The translations under genes and the position numbers were made by a program. Source: a virus (lineage: Duplodnaviria > Caudoviricetes). Taken from it: a stretch of 33,813 nucleotides of DNA. Where the stretch lies: IMG/VR virus record IMGVR_UViG_3300042363_000358, positions 1 through 33,813 of that record, one strand, 5' to 3'. Of this stretch, positions 32,290 to 33,813 are shown piece after piece. The stretch's first letter is position 1; the number at the start of each line of letters is the position of its first letter. A model generated the notes under the pieces. The model was not told where the DNA came from, ran no database searches, and was given only the letters and a program-made list of their open reading frames with translations.

Positions 32290-32657
32290 ACGACGGGAGC
32301 GTCAGCGATAACCACAGGCTCGGCAATCTTAACCGGAGGCGGCACCGGCACCCACGGCAACGGCAGCGTCACCACGGGCGGATTGATCTGATTCTCGATC
32401 TGCTGCGTCACGTTCGCTTCGATGGCCGCTTGATCGACACCGTTCGCGTAGCACCAACCAAGCACCTGTTCCTGCGTCAGGTCTTCGTAAGGCGTGAAGC
32501 TACCAGACGGCGGTTGGAACGAGCAGGAGCCGTAGCAGGTGCCGCTGTAGGTTTCGTCGGTGCCGTTGCATCGCCAGTCGGCGGTGATTACGACATCGGT
32601 GAGGGAGCCTTCGGTCGGCTTAACGAGAAGGCGTTCGATGATCCAGAGGATGGTCAT
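32286..32657 (-). CDS. Tail-fibre-associated small protein
   Basis: W.I..L...DVVITADWRC...FTPYEDLTQEQVLGW...LPW; directly follows the tail fibre. Confidence 0.7.
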   Translation of the reverse strand: MTILWIIERLLVKPTEGSLTDVVITADWRCNGTDETYSGTCYGSCSFQPPSGSFTPYEDLTQEQVLGWCYANGVDQAAIEANVTQQIENQINPPVVTLPLPWVPVPPPVKIAEPVVIADAPVV

Positions 32658-32661
32658 ATTA

Positions 32662-33813
32662 TTAGGCGTTCTTCAGAGCGTTGACTTCAGCGGTGAGTTC
32701 TTGGATGGCGGCAACCAAGATGGGGACAACTCGGGACATATCAATTCCCTGAGACTTGATGGAACCATCTGCATTCACGGCATCCTTTTCGCCACTTACT
32801 GCAAACGGAACCACTTCCGCGAGTTCATGGGCCAAGAAACCTTCGCCGGTAGAACCGTCAGACTTCCAGTTGTAACTCGACGGCTTTAGCGCGTTGACGC
32901 GAGCCAGACCGCCGGAAAGCGGTTTAACAGAATCCTTCAGTCGGTAGTCCGAGGAAGTATTGAACAGAACACCAGTCGTTCCGTTCTGAGTGATGGAACC
33001 GATGACAGTGCTATTGTAAGCAAAACTGTGATAATAATCACCAGATGTTGTTCCATTTGCATGACCAACAGCAACTCTTGAGCTGTTACCAGCAAACATG
33101 GAAACACCTTTTGCGGGTGCAAAAGTATCAACAGTCAAACCCACCAGCAAATTCCCAGTCGCATCGAGGGTCAAAAGTGCCGTTCCAACTTTCTGAACCT
33201 CAAATAGATTTACGGCAACAGAAGCGTTAGTATGATTAACAACAAGCGACTTTTTATCGTACTCGCCGCTTTCGATATATGCGCCGTTCAATCCAGAAGC
33301 AAACGCCGCGCTGACATATAGTCGATAGTTAGAAGGAACAGCACCAATCCCCAACCCCGTAGAGTTGAGGGTCATGGCGGTGGAGCCGCTTAGAGCATGG
33401 ACAATAGTAGATGCATCGAGAGTCAACTGTGTGTATGCAGAGCCGCTCCGGTTGTAGCTCTGTATCAACGGAGATGAACTGAATCCAGTCGGCTGAATCT
33501 CAAGACCAGCAGCACCAGCATTGGTAACCTGAAACGCAGCCGATCCGCTGGTGTGTCCAACGATTACCCGATTGTTCGTCGAATCAACCTTCAGCGTCGA
33601 GGTGTCCACCGTCAGATCGCCGGTGATGGTGGCGGAGCCAGCGGTGACGAGTCCGGTGACGGTCAATGCTCCACTCGCAGTTGGTGAGGATGAGAGGATG
33701 TTGTTTACGCTGATCTTCTTAGTCGTACCAGATGCGGCCATCGTGGTATCGCTGACATCAACGATAGGGATAACGTCATTAGCCGGATCAGCGGCGGTCA
33801 ACGCCGTCAGTGC
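32662..33813 (-). CDS. Tail fibre with C-terminal intramolecular chaperone (peptidase S74); 5' end outside the window
   Basis: TSSDYRLKD, LKPSSYNW, GFLAHELAEVVP, VPILVAAIQEL coiled coil; frame open to the window edge. Confidence 0.88.
   Translation of the reverse strand, partial: ALTALTAADPANDVIPIVDVSDTTMAASGTTKKISVNNILSSSPTASGALTVTGLVTAGSATITGDLTVDTSTLKVDSTNNRVIVGHTSGSAAFQVTNAGAAGLEIQPTGFSSSPLIQSYNRSGSAYTQLTLDASTIVHALSGSTAMTLNSTGLGIGAVPSNYRLYVSAAFASGLNGAYIESGEYDKKSLVVNHTNASVAVNLFEVQKVGTALLTLDATGNLLVGLTVDTFAPAKGVSMFAGNSSRVAVGHANGTTSGDYYHSFAYNSTVIGSITQNGTTGVLFNTSSDYRLKDSVKPLSGGLARVNALKPSSYNWKSDGSTGEGFLAHELAEVVPFAVSGEKDAVNADGSIKSQGIDMSRVVPILVAAIQELTAEVNALKNA

Overview
This window is most of a tailed dsDNA phage genome with podovirus-like virion genes, almost all on the minus strand. 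From left to right it holds: portal, large and small terminase; a short plus-strand cassette of small genes and a compact C5-methyltransferase-like gene; a palindrome cluster at a GC-skew switch (candidate origin); a primase-helicase; an array of small modular genes; a RuvC-like resolvase, an SF2 helicase, an SSB-like gene, RecE/RecT-like recombination genes and an excisionase-type HTH; then ejection/internal virion proteins, tail tube proteins, tail fibres and lysis genes. No capsid, integrase, tRNA or CRISPR is visible. The standout feature is a 347-aa intein in the helicase Walker B motif (16045-17085). Its homing endonuclease (Zn-finger + NUMOD3-like + Vsr/DUF559-like) is not in the intein frame. 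It is a separate gene overprinted in the +1 frame, with an apparent internal sigma70 promoter (TTGACA-17 nt-CATCAT) placed to give a leaderless mRNA. All family assignments come from motif recognition by eye, not database searches.
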